Shown here piece by piece: positions 50,916 to 60,515 of a stretch of DNA of 64,000 bases. Each line of letters begins with the position of its first letter. Within the stretch, counting starts at the first letter, position 1. This DNA comes from Candidatus Heimdallarchaeota archaeon (lineage in GTDB: Archaea > Asgardarchaeota > Wukongarchaeia > Wukongarchaeales > JBHIFL01). Location: NCBI GenBank assembly GCA_046761065.1, contig JBHIFL010000001.1:64001-128000 (forward strand), read 5' to 3'. The notes under the pieces are model-generated. The model worked only from the letters and a program-made list of their open reading frames with translations, searched no databases and was not told where the DNA came from. The translations under genes were made by a program, and so were the position numbers.

Positions 50916-51620
50916 TTAGCTTATGCTAGTGATTGAGCCATCCTTCATATATGCAACCCGATCAGCATAGTTCTTAGGCCATTCTTCATTATGAGTTACG
51001 ACTACTAAGGTGGTTTTCTTTTCTTCTTGGAGCCTTTTTAGAAGTTTGAAAATTTCATTCCCGATTTTCGAGTCAAGGTTGCCGGTCGGTTCATCCGCAA
51101 AAACCACCTTTGGGTTATTGATCAGTGCACGAGCAATTGCGGCCCTTTGCTGTTCCCCTCCTGAGAGATGGGTAGGCCGATGGTCCTTGCGTGACAATAA
51201 ATCAACGGCTCGAAGGAGTTCAATGGCTCGATCTTCGCGTTCTTTAGCTTTGATGCTGCTAACCGGCCATAATGGGGCTTCGACGTTTTCAATAGCCGTA
51301 AGATCGTCTAATAAATTATAGTCTTGAAAAATAAAACCGAGCTTTTCGCGTCTCATCTTGGGAAAATCCCGTTCAGTTACTTGGGCAGTATCCATTCCAT
51401 CAAAGATGACACGCCCACTAGAGGGTTGATCAAGGCCACTAAGCACATTAAGGAGTGAGGTTTTGCCACAACCACTAGGACCGACTATAAAAAACATCTC
51501 GCCATTCTTGATTTCGAGAGACACGTTTTTGACTGCTTGGATTACGGTTCGCCCTTTTCGGTATTCCTTATAAACTTCTTTCGCAACGATTATCGAATCT
51601 AACGACATCTTACTCACCAC
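50916..51620 (-). CDS. ABC transporter ATP-binding protein (LolD/MacB-like)
   Basis: GPSGCGKT, GFIFQDYNL, LSGGEQQR, ADEPTGNLD, VVTH. Confidence 0.95.
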   Translation of the reverse strand: MVSKMSLDSIIVAKEVYKEYRKGRTVIQAVKNVSLEIKNGEMFFIVGPSGCGKTSLLNVLSGLDQPSSGRVIFDGMDTAQVTERDFPKMRREKLGFIFQDYNLLDDLTAIENVEAPLWPVSSIKAKEREDRAIELLRAVDLLSRKDHRPTHLSGGEQQRAAIARALINNPKVVFADEPTGNLDSKIGNEIFKLLKRLQEEKKTTLVVVTHNEEWPKNYADRVAYMKDGSITSIS

Positions 51621-51628
51621 ACATGTTG

Positions 51629-52171
51629 TTAGAGCGCCTGCATGGCGATCATCGGTTTAACCCGTAGGGCACGGTTATTGGCAAGAAGAACTCCAGGAAG
51701 CTGGAGCAAGATGATGATAATGAACGTATTAATCATGATATCCCGAGTAAAGTAAAGGTTTTTCACAAGGACAGCTTGAGCCAATGCTTCAGGATCTTCC
51801 AAGCCGAAGATGTAGTAACTCATGCCCAACAGATGGATATCAAGTTCAATCAACAAAAAGAATCCTACAAAGGATAAAAAGAGAATTTCGCCCACAATAC
51901 GGGTCCATACGTTGCGATTTGACCAGCCTATAGCCTTCAAGGTGGCAATTTCCTTCTTTCGGAAGGTAGTGAGGATGAGACCATACATAGTCGATAATAT
52001 CATGCCCCCACACACAGTAACCAGCAAAAGCACATAATTTCCTGGGTCTTTTTCGAGTTGCTTGAAAGAGGTCGCTATAGAGAGAGCAAGCATCGAATAC
52101 ACGATAATAAACCCAAAGAAACGTCGTTTATTACGAGTTGCAATACGCCAAGATTTGAAGAAGATTCCCAA
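51629..52171 (-). CDS. Minimal FtsX/MacB-type ABC permease
   Basis: RKKEIATLKAIGW, C-terminal RALRVKP..AM, 4 TM; no large extracytoplasmic domain. Confidence 0.82.
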   Translation of the reverse strand: MGIFFKSWRIATRNKRRFFGFIIVYSMLALSIATSFKQLEKDPGNYVLLLVTVCGGMILSTMYGLILTTFRKKEIATLKAIGWSNRNVWTRIVGEILFLSFVGFFLLIELDIHLLGMSYYIFGLEDPEALAQAVLVKNLYFTRDIMINTFIIIILLQLPGVLLANNRALRVKPMIAMQAL

Positions 52172-52417
52172 AATAACCTCCTCCGCATTCTAGATATCTT
52201 GTAATTCTCTTTTAAAAAAGGTTCCTTAAATACGTTTCAGATTTATCAACAACCCCATACGAGGAATGCAATTAAATATGATGAATAGAGAAGAGTTCCC
52301 ATCACAAGAAAAGGGTAGCTTAAAAGTACCCAGCGGTACCACTCACGTGTTATCAGCGCTTATATCTTTTTATACAAGAATTGCAATTTATCAATAACAC
52401 ATTTGTGGGACTACAGC

Positions 52418-53023
52418 ATGCTCCATAGTGTGTATGTATATGGTCAAGATGGGAACTGTATTTATGTAAAGAATTTTAGTGAGGAAAAAATCGACAAGGA
52501 TCTACTAACGGGATTTTTTTCAGCCCTTCACATGTTTAGCTCCCAATTTGGGGAAAAATTAGAATTCATTCAAACTGACAAACGCACCTTTGTGTATGAT
52601 CAGGCTGCCGGCCTCATTTTTGTTGCATGTGTAGCTAATAATGCAGACATACGAGCAGTCAGAAATCGGTTAATAGAGCTTAAGGACTCTGTCTTGCAGC
52701 GTATACGCAGGGGCCGTCAGGTATGGGGCAGAGAAGCTAGGACCATTAATGGAACTATTCATGATTCGCTCATCAAAAAGATCATGGAACCTCAGAGTAT
52801 CCCCCTCAAGCCATCAGCTAAAGAAAAATACAAACCCGTTGCTCGACCGGTGTATGGGGCTTTACACACCACAGAAAATAGCGCCCTTTCCTATTTGTTT
52901 TTCAAAGGTGTCGCTTCACTTCATGATTTGATTGAGTATCTCCATTGTTCTGAGGAAGAAGCAACTTCCATTATCCAAAGCTTGCGGCAAAAAAAACTTG
53001 TAGAACCGGCCTATAAGGGTTAG
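52418..53023 (+). CDS. Longin-like domain protein with C-terminal winged-helix-like domain
   Basis: VYVY..DG.CIY, DLLTGFFSAL..FS pattern; C-terminal L..L...G..SL..L.....E....IQSL.QK.LV. Confidence 0.7.
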   Translation: MLHSVYVYGQDGNCIYVKNFSEEKIDKDLLTGFFSALHMFSSQFGEKLEFIQTDKRTFVYDQAAGLIFVACVANNADIRAVRNRLIELKDSVLQRIRRGRQVWGREARTINGTIHDSLIKKIMEPQSIPLKPSAKEKYKPVARPVYGALHTTENSALSYLFFKGVASLHDLIEYLHCSEEEATSIIQSLRQKKLVEPAYKG

Positions 53024-53263
53024 AACCCAGGTTGTTATACGTGGCTACATTACAGAATCGATCTCTCTATTTTTGACTCATTTCCACACTCCTCTGCTAT
53101 TTTAAATGAGGTGATGTCTAAATAAGTTAAAAGGTAAACCTCACGCTTCATTTTAACATTTATGGCTTCTAATGAAATGAAAATACAACAAAAATTAAAC
53201 AAGGAAATATTCTTTCCTATTGAGAGTTTGTTCAGAGTTCAGGCTTAGGAACACCAACTAACT

Positions 53264-55051
53264 ATGACGAATAAAAGGGTGATTGTTTTGAATGAAGAAC
53301 TGCGCGAAATGTATCTTATGGCGTTGAAAGAAAACCCTACGGTTTTTGATAGATTTGTATCTAGAGGCGATGTACGAGATCCGGTGGATATCTCCAATCC
53401 CCGAATCGAAGCTGAAAGGATCACTTCTCGCGCGATTCGCTCAGTCTCCTATGATCGAACCCCAAGATATGTGCCGATCGTGGGAACTGCAGGGTCAGGA
53501 AAAACCCATTTTTATTGGGTGTTAAAAGATAAACAAATTGACCTACCAGACGTTGACTATGAGACGGTTTATGTTCCGAGCCCTCCTGCACCTGTGAGGA
53601 TGCTTTTACATATTTACATATGTGTGATGGATGAAATTGGTTTAGATATCTTAAAAACCGTTTCAGAACGTCTTGTAACGGCATATGGAGGGAAAAAAAA
53701 ACGTTTCAAATTGTTTGGACCTGAAATGGAGGAGATCATTGGAAGGGCGATACGTTGGTATCCAGGTGTTAGTGCAGATGTAGTTCGAGCGCTGATCATG
53801 TATCAAATGGCTCCAAAAGAAATAAAAACGATTGCAGAGTGGTGGCTTCTTGGAGAAACGCTTAGTGAGGAAGAGATGGAAATTTTAGGAGTGTCTCATA
53901 TAATAGAAGAGGATGATATGTGTCTTGCCACCCTTAAATTATTAGCCGAGAACATTGATCAGCCGATCATCCTTTATTTTGATGAGCTTGAAATCCCATA
54001 TCGAACATTTGGTGATGAAGCTGAAATCCGACTTTTTGAAACCATTAAACGCCTTTACAACGAGGTACGGTCCATAATAGTTGTCACCGCCTGTTTATCC
54101 GATGTATGGGAGCGCATCCTTGATCTCGCAGATCCTGCGACGAAAACACGGATGGAACAAACTGCAAATCTAGTTCCCTTCGCCGTAGAAGACATTAAAC
54201 AATTCTATATCGCGGCGCAGCAGGTTTTTTGGGATGCTCAAAATTTAAATCCCCCCGAAGATCTCTTTTTCCCCTTAGAGGAAGACATTTTCCCACAAAT
54301 CCACAAGGCATCTGAGGGAAATCCCCGAGAAGCGATACGACTAATTCGTGATGCATTGGATAGTATATTATTTGAAAGACCATTGCCACCTTCACTTATT
54401 AGTACAGAAGTTGTTCCTAAACTACGACCACCGCCTCTCTTTGTAGAAGCAGATATCCCGAAAGCAGAAGCAACCCTAATAAAAAGACCGGAATCGATTC
54501 CTGAGGAAGAAATTATCGCAGTGGATGTCAACCCAGGCAGTATAGGGGGAAGTGCGATGGCCTCCATATTGACGGTAGCAAAAAACCTTGGGCAAGAAAA
54601 ACGGATTAAAGTTGAAATGGAGTTTGTGTTTGAGGCTGCAGGAAAACGACGCAAACTAACTGGAGTGATCAAATCCGGGAGTGAGCCGCCTATAGGAATC
54701 GAAGTTCCTTCCTGTAAGACCTTTAGTCGAAGCGGAGGAGTCGCGGCTTATTATTCAGCAAGACGCCTTAATGAAGCACTGGAGACAAACACCATTGCGA
54801 GAGGTTGTCTAATCGTCCCTAAGGGAACAAGTGGCAATAAATATAACCAAATCGTAAGTTCGATGAGAGAAAAGGCGTTAGTCATCGAACTTTCACAGAA
54901 TGAAGCTGAAGCCCTTATTCGGAAAGCTCGGACGCATCCTATCGAACAAATTTTTCCCCTTATCAAATTATTTTTCCCCAAATACGAAAGACTTCCTGAA
55001 AAATCCATGCAAGAGACCGAAGAACCCTTTAAAACGGTTGGAAACTCGTAA
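53264..55051 (+). CDS. P-loop (AAA+/STAND-like) ATPase of unknown function
   Basis: Walker A GTAGSGKT, Walker B ILYFDELE, sensor-like GNPRE; Pro-rich linker and extra C-terminal alpha/beta domain. Confidence 0.8.
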   Translation: MTNKRVIVLNEELREMYLMALKENPTVFDRFVSRGDVRDPVDISNPRIEAERITSRAIRSVSYDRTPRYVPIVGTAGSGKTHFYWVLKDKQIDLPDVDYETVYVPSPPAPVRMLLHIYICVMDEIGLDILKTVSERLVTAYGGKKKRFKLFGPEMEEIIGRAIRWYPGVSADVVRALIMYQMAPKEIKTIAEWWLLGETLSEEEMEILGVSHIIEEDDMCLATLKLLAENIDQPIILYFDELEIPYRTFGDEAEIRLFETIKRLYNEVRSIIVVTACLSDVWERILDLADPATKTRMEQTANLVPFAVEDIKQFYIAAQQVFWDAQNLNPPEDLFFPLEEDIFPQIHKASEGNPREAIRLIRDALDSILFERPLPPSLISTEVVPKLRPPPLFVEADIPKAEATLIKRPESIPEEEIIAVDVNPGSIGGSAMASILTVAKNLGQEKRIKVEMEFVFEAAGKRRKLTGVIKSGSEPPIGIEVPSCKTFSRSGGVAAYYSARRLNEALETNTIARGCLIVPKGTSGNKYNQIVSSMREKALVIELSQNEAEALIRKARTHPIEQIFPLIKLFFPKYERLPEKSMQETEEPFKTVGNS

Positions 55052-55063
55052 TGAGGTGATAAT

Positions 55064-55558
55064 TTGTTAGTAGGTGTCATTGCAGATACTCATGATAACT
55101 TGATGAAACTAGACGATGCCTTGAAAATTTTTAATGAACGAAATGTCACCCTTGTAGTTCATGGCGGTGATATTATTGCTCCCTTCGCTGTCCCCCCGCT
55201 AGCACAGCTTAATTGTAAAGTAATCGCGACATTTGGTAATAATGATGGTGAGCGGGCGGGATTAAGCCGTAAATTTGCGGAAATCAATGGGGTTGTACAA
55301 GAACAACCAGTGGTGGAGACCACTGAAGGAAATGCCATCTGTATTGTTCATGGTGATCATCTGAATCTTCTAAATACCGTTTTAGTATCTGGGCAATTCG
55401 ACCTTGTTGTATCAGGACACACTCATCGACCAAAAACAGAACTTGTGGGTAGAACTCTGCATGTAAATCCGGGGGAGTGCGGCGGGTGGCTGACAGGCCG
55501 TTCAACAATTGCTCTTGCAGATCTAGAAGATAAAACCGCTGAAGTCATTGATATATGA
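55064..55558 (+). CDS. Calcineurin-like metallophosphoesterase (YfcE/MJ0936/Vps29 family)
   Basis: ADTHDN, HGGD, GNND, HG, GHTH, NPGE. Confidence 0.92.
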   Translation: MLVGVIADTHDNLMKLDDALKIFNERNVTLVVHGGDIIAPFAVPPLAQLNCKVIATFGNNDGERAGLSRKFAEINGVVQEQPVVETTEGNAICIVHGDHLNLLNTVLVSGQFDLVVSGHTHRPKTELVGRTLHVNPGECGGWLTGRSTIALADLEDKTAEVIDI

Positions 55559-55965
55559 ATAATCAAGGACAATTCGAAGTCAGAACAACCCCCGAAATTC
55601 ACTGATTTTGTGGAGTTAAATCGAGTATATTTCAAGATTGACGAGCGATGCGATAATGGGAAAATGTGGCTATTTCAAATTCATTAGATTTTTAGAATTA
55701 CAACCCAATAAAAGATATTACGAGGATAAAGTAGATTGAGACGATCCCAACCAATGTCCAGTTACCTTCTTCTGCATCAAATACGGGATTAATGAGGTAA
55801 ATAGTTGTTTAAAACCTTTTTTCGATAAAAAAAGCTGGTAACCGCTTAGATTACAACATTTGCCTTTATTCAGAAATTTATTTAAGTTATCCCCCCACAA
55901 ACGGTGCTTTTAATCCTTTTATATGCTATGATAATATCTTACTTGAAACAAAAGGAGCTAGAATT

Positions 55966-57180
55966 GTGGCTGCAAAAGATGTCCACGTCCTTATAGTGGT
56001 CCCGCAAGGAACCCAAAGTAAAAGGATCTTAGCTGGATTAATGAAGGTTTTGCCCGTGATCGCAGAACAATTTAACGTGTCTTTTACGATAGATTGTATC
56101 TATCGAGACGAATCTCTCCCAGTAGTTCAGGTTATCAGATCTATTTCAAAAATGCAAAGCTCAAAGGTGCGTATAGGCAAAAGATACTGCCTTAAAGAGC
56201 AACCAGAACCTGATGATGCTTATAAAAACGCATCTCTTGTGGTAGTAGGAACACCAGCAAATACTGAGGCACCATATGTGGTAGAAGCACTCATCAGGTA
56301 TACTCCTGTGGTTCTTTTAGGAGGAGCAAGTCGAGAAAAGCTTCCAGACCTAGTTAAATCAGAGATTGTGAAGAAAAACCTCTCGAAGAGGGATTCGGAC
56401 TATATCTATGAAGAAATCAGAAAATGGGTGAAATCCCCCTTTTTCTTTATGCCTATAAGTGGTTCGAGCGGTTTCAAATCCTTATCTGTAGATGTAGATA
56501 CTTACAAAGAGAACAAAATTATTCAGACGCTGAGCTGCAATAGTACCGCTTTAGCAATGTTTGCAGAAGTACTCGGAAAATTAGGGTTGAACTATATCAA
56601 TGGGAATATTATTCGGCGAGGACTTGATCCCCATGTATCGGGGAAAACACCTCCACCAGGGTCTATCGAGTTTGGATCGTTCGGACACCAAGGTCAGGAT
56701 GCAATGTCTGTATTAAGAAATATACCCATGGAAATAACGGCCTCAAGGTCAGGATCAAACACACGTACACACATTATGCAGCTTGAATGCTTTTTCGAAA
56801 AAACAATCTCTATTAGTAAAATAATAGCTGAACTCGAAAACACACGTGGCATTTTGGTGATTCCAAGTAAGTATCAAGGCCGAGAATACAAAAATACTGG
56901 CATCCAACTCGAACTCGTTGCTGATGATGCAGCAGATAACCCTCGACCTTGGAATTCGGTGTTCGAGTTAATAATTTCTGACCAGATCCTTGAACTAGCA
57001 ATTCCAAATCAACAGGAAAAAGCTTTTTCATTTTTCCTAACAATTGAGCAACAGTCTATTGCAGTCCCTAATAGCATCTCTGCAATACTTTACCAACTCG
57101 GCTTTCGTTGTGATTTTATGAAAACGATACATCACGCTTTGGGGGTTTTGACATCACTTAAGCGTACCATTGAAAACTGA
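55966..57180 (+). CDS. Divergent class II (archaeal) GAPDH-like protein
   Basis: SCNSTAL, RRGLDP, GHQGQD, RPWN, IEQQSIAVPNSISAI align in order with class II GAPDH motifs SCNTTGL, RRAADP, SHHGPD, RPRN, IHQESDVVPENVDAI. Confidence 0.7.
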   Translation: MAAKDVHVLIVVPQGTQSKRILAGLMKVLPVIAEQFNVSFTIDCIYRDESLPVVQVIRSISKMQSSKVRIGKRYCLKEQPEPDDAYKNASLVVVGTPANTEAPYVVEALIRYTPVVLLGGASREKLPDLVKSEIVKKNLSKRDSDYIYEEIRKWVKSPFFFMPISGSSGFKSLSVDVDTYKENKIIQTLSCNSTALAMFAEVLGKLGLNYINGNIIRRGLDPHVSGKTPPPGSIEFGSFGHQGQDAMSVLRNIPMEITASRSGSNTRTHIMQLECFFEKTISISKIIAELENTRGILVIPSKYQGREYKNTGIQLELVADDAADNPRPWNSVFELIISDQILELAIPNQQEKAFSFFLTIEQQSIAVPNSISAILYQLGFRCDFMKTIHHALGVLTSLKRTIEN

Positions 57181-57339
57181 AAAATCACTTACCCTGAGTG
57201 ATTAAGATAAGTATGAAGAATAACAGATCATTTAAAAAATACTCTGAAATCGCTGAAATCATATGAACTGATTGGTATTTAAAGCATTTTGATCGAAAAT
57301 CCTCAGATTGGTGAGATACAAGTATACGGGGGAATATTA

Positions 57340-58455
57340 ATGCCTAATTTCATGCTACAAGAGATCAAGGAACAGCCAGCAATCCTTCGCCACTTAACAA
57401 AGCAAAATAACACTATTATGGATATTGCAGATCAAATTGGGACAATAAATCGGATTTATTTAACTGGTTGTGGCGATCCGTATTTTGCTGCCCTGACAAG
57501 TCGCTATTATATTGAAAAGGCGACGAAGATACCAACTATTGCCCTACCGAGTATGGATTTCCGTTGGGTACGAAATGACCTCCCCGTTCGCTCCTTAGTG
57601 GTCGCATCAAGTGTCAGTGGGAGAACAAAACGCACGATTGAGGCCTTAAAAGCCTCCAAAGAAGCCGGAGCGATAACAGTAGGCATCACGGATAATGCTG
57701 AGAGCCCGTTAACCACTTATTGTGATTTTGTTATAGAAACTGAGACGAGCCCTCCCGAAACCCTTAATCGACATGAATACGCAGGATATCAGTACGTAGT
57801 ACCCCAAACGAAAACTTATACCGCTGTTATGTTTGTTCAAATGGCATTGGGATTCGCTCTTAATGCTGGAACTCGTGAAAAAACCCCTTTTTTCAATCAC
57901 TTTTTGAAAGAAACTGCAAAGGCGATTCAAACAGTTGTCAAACGTCTAGAAGCACCCTGCAAAGAGCTGGGAACAAGATATTCGGAGAAAAGCCAGTTTG
58001 TGATTCTCGGCTCGGGTCCTTATTTCGGACTAGCAAAATATGGAGCAGCTAAATTTCTCGAGTATGCCATTCCAAGTTATAGTCAGTGTCTTGAAGAGTT
58101 TAATCATCAAGAAATCTTTTTAGCAAATGATCGGTGGCTCATTGTTTTCATAGCACCTGATTATTTTTCGCTTCATCGCACACGAGAGCTGGCACCTTTG
58201 TACGGTAAGCTGGGAGCAAGATCCCTTACTCTCGAACCAGCACTAAACCCTTTCAGTGAAAATATAGATTTTATCATAGTTGGTACATATCCAGAAGTCA
58301 TCAACCCTTTCACCTATGTAGTACCGCTCCAGCTACTAGCATTCTTCATTGTCAAAGCAAAAGAGTTAGATGTAGACGAATGGTGTGGAGGCAAACGTAC
58401 AACACAAATTGTTGAGCTTAGTATACAAACTATAAGGAATTCGGAAATCATTTAA
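57340..58455 (+). CDS. Double SIS-domain sugar-phosphate isomerase/deaminase (GlmS C-terminal/FrlB-like)
   Basis: FMLQEIKEQP, TGCGD, SVSGRT, TDN.ESPL, TKTYT, LGSGP, EEFNH, VPLQLLA. Confidence 0.85.
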   Translation: MPNFMLQEIKEQPAILRHLTKQNNTIMDIADQIGTINRIYLTGCGDPYFAALTSRYYIEKATKIPTIALPSMDFRWVRNDLPVRSLVVASSVSGRTKRTIEALKASKEAGAITVGITDNAESPLTTYCDFVIETETSPPETLNRHEYAGYQYVVPQTKTYTAVMFVQMALGFALNAGTREKTPFFNHFLKETAKAIQTVVKRLEAPCKELGTRYSEKSQFVILGSGPYFGLAKYGAAKFLEYAIPSYSQCLEEFNHQEIFLANDRWLIVFIAPDYFSLHRTRELAPLYGKLGARSLTLEPALNPFSENIDFIIVGTYPEVINPFTYVVPLQLLAFFIVKAKELDVDEWCGGKRTTQIVELSIQTIRNSEII

Positions 58456-58517
58456 CGGAAATAGAATACCTTGTTTGATAATAAAGGGTGTAAAAGAGAA
58501 CTGAGTCGGCGAACCAA

Positions 58518-59435
58518 TTGGATCCCATCTCCGTAGCTATGTTCGAAGGGTTGTATATTTGTTGTCAGCAGAGTTCGCAAGTCAGTTTTTTTAACTCACC
58601 TTGGTTCGCACATCGTAAAGGCCTAGCCATTGATATTTATAATGGGTACTTTGGGACAGAAGCACTTTCACCGGTCAATGGAACAGTCTTCGCCATTCGA
58701 CGCTTTCAATCTCCGAAGTCAAAATATTTCGAGAGCAGTCCTTGGGAATGGGCTATGCTCCTCAATCCTTTCGATAACGAGTCTGTTTGCTTCAAACTCC
58801 TTCATGTAGAACCGATCGTTGAAGAAGGGGAAGAAGTTAAGATTGGAACTCCAATTGGCAAATACATTCGAAATGGCTATTTTGAACCTTGGACAGGCCC
58901 ACATGTTCATCTGGAGATACGTCGCAAAAAACCCTCACTAAATACAATGTATCGAGCTTCTGGAGCCTTACATTTCGAATCTCTGATCGAACCTGAAGCA
59001 GATCTTGATCCTGCACAAGAGCTGGTAGGTCAAGTACAGCAAGTAGACACCCATTTCATTTCAGTAGAGTTTGGAAGAGAAGTAAAACATAGCTGGACGG
59101 GCTTTTCAGCGAAAGTTAGATCAAATTTATGCCTTATTGATGGAGGCTTTGTGTACTATAATGGGTTTGGGGGGATCTTGGGAAATACAAGAAAATTCTT
59201 TCTAGGAGCCCCAATTACCATTGAATCTCGTATTATTGGTTATATTATGCGAATAATCGGTCCAAAAAGAGCCATTGCTCAGTTTTTACGGATTTGGATA
59301 AGTGTGAACAACAAACGTGTGATGGGACTCTCTCTTGGCACATCATTTGTAACAAAGCAATTGAAAATAGTAGATCGAAACCTGAATCAGCTTGACCTTA
59401 AGGAAGGCGATGAAGTAACTATTAAAATTTTATGA
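58518..59435 (+). CDS. M23-peptidase-like protein
   Basis: H....AIDIY, SPVNG, LHVEP.VEEGEEV..G..IG, TGPHVHLEI. Confidence 0.65.
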   Translation: MDPISVAMFEGLYICCQQSSQVSFFNSPWFAHRKGLAIDIYNGYFGTEALSPVNGTVFAIRRFQSPKSKYFESSPWEWAMLLNPFDNESVCFKLLHVEPIVEEGEEVKIGTPIGKYIRNGYFEPWTGPHVHLEIRRKKPSLNTMYRASGALHFESLIEPEADLDPAQELVGQVQQVDTHFISVEFGREVKHSWTGFSAKVRSNLCLIDGGFVYYNGFGGILGNTRKFFLGAPITIESRIIGYIMRIIGPKRAIAQFLRIWISVNNKRVMGLSLGTSFVTKQLKIVDRNLNQLDLKEGDEVTIKIL

Positions 59436-59483
59436 AGTGTTTTTTTAACCAAAACTCAACATCACAAGTGTTGGTTAAGAATA

Positions 59484-60515
59484 ATGACATCAATAGCAAC
59501 CCTTGGAAGTCATTCGGCACTTCAGATCCTTAAAGGAGCAAAAGATGAAGGGTTAAAGACAGTTCTCGTGTGTACAAATGATCGAAAGCCCTTTTATAAT
59601 CGTTTCAACCTCGTGGATCATTATGTGATGGTGGATCAGTTCTCAGAGATCAGTCATAAAGAAATTCAGCAACACCTAATAGAACTCGATTCTGTGCTTG
59701 TACCTCATGGCACACTCATCTCGAATGTGTCCTTAGATACAATTGAACAATTAGCAGTGCCTTTTTTTGGTAACAAACATATACTGCGGTGGGAAGCGGA
59801 TCGAAATCTGAAACATGAGCTTATGAAATTGGCGGGAATGAAGGTCCCCCAAATTTTTCAGACACCAGAAGAGATAGATCGCCCAGTAATCGTCAAATTC
59901 CCCGGAGCCGAGGGGGGACGGGGATATTTCCTCGCTAAAGACTCCAAAGATTTCTCTAAAAAAATTCAAACCATGATAACCCGGAATTTAGTGAATAAAC
60001 CCGCTTTAAAAGATGTTTTTATTCAAGAATACGTTTTTGGCATCGCCGCATATCCACATTTTTTCTATTCCCCTCTTTTAGGTCGTACCGAACTTCTGGG
60101 AATAGATCGTAGGTATGAAAGCGATGTGGATGGGCTTGGGCGTATTCCTGCCGAGCAACAACTAGAGATGACGCCACTTCCAACTTACAGTGTGATTGGG
60201 AACATCCCTCTTGTACTGCGAGAATCCCTAGTTCAACATTTATTTGAAATTGGTGAGAGTTTCGTGGAGGCTGCCCGTCAAAAGGTACCTCCCGGAATGA
60301 TAGGAGCATTCTGCATTGAGGGAGTTTATAACCAGAAAAATCAATTTATCCCCTTTGAATTTAGTGCACGAATTGTAGCTGGGACTAATCTATTTATCGA
60401 TGGCAGCCCCTACTCCCAGTTGTACTTTAATGAACCGATGAGCATGGGAAAACGCATTGCACGAGAAATAAAAATAGCTGCCGAGCAGAAAGTACTCGAT
60501 CAAATAATTACCTAG
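59484..60515 (+). CDS. purP: PurP-family ATP-grasp formate ligase (FAICAR synthetase), paralogue 1
   Basis: IATLGSHSALQILKGAKDEG, VK..GA.GGRGYF, IDRRYES, GNIPLVLRESL, FEFSARIVAGTN, MSMGKRIAREI. Confidence 0.92.
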   Translation: MTSIATLGSHSALQILKGAKDEGLKTVLVCTNDRKPFYNRFNLVDHYVMVDQFSEISHKEIQQHLIELDSVLVPHGTLISNVSLDTIEQLAVPFFGNKHILRWEADRNLKHELMKLAGMKVPQIFQTPEEIDRPVIVKFPGAEGGRGYFLAKDSKDFSKKIQTMITRNLVNKPALKDVFIQEYVFGIAAYPHFFYSPLLGRTELLGIDRRYESDVDGLGRIPAEQQLEMTPLPTYSVIGNIPLVLRESLVQHLFEIGESFVEAARQKVPPGMIGAFCIEGVYNQKNQFIPFEFSARIVAGTNLFIDGSPYSQLYFNEPMSMGKRIAREIKIAAEQKVLDQIIT

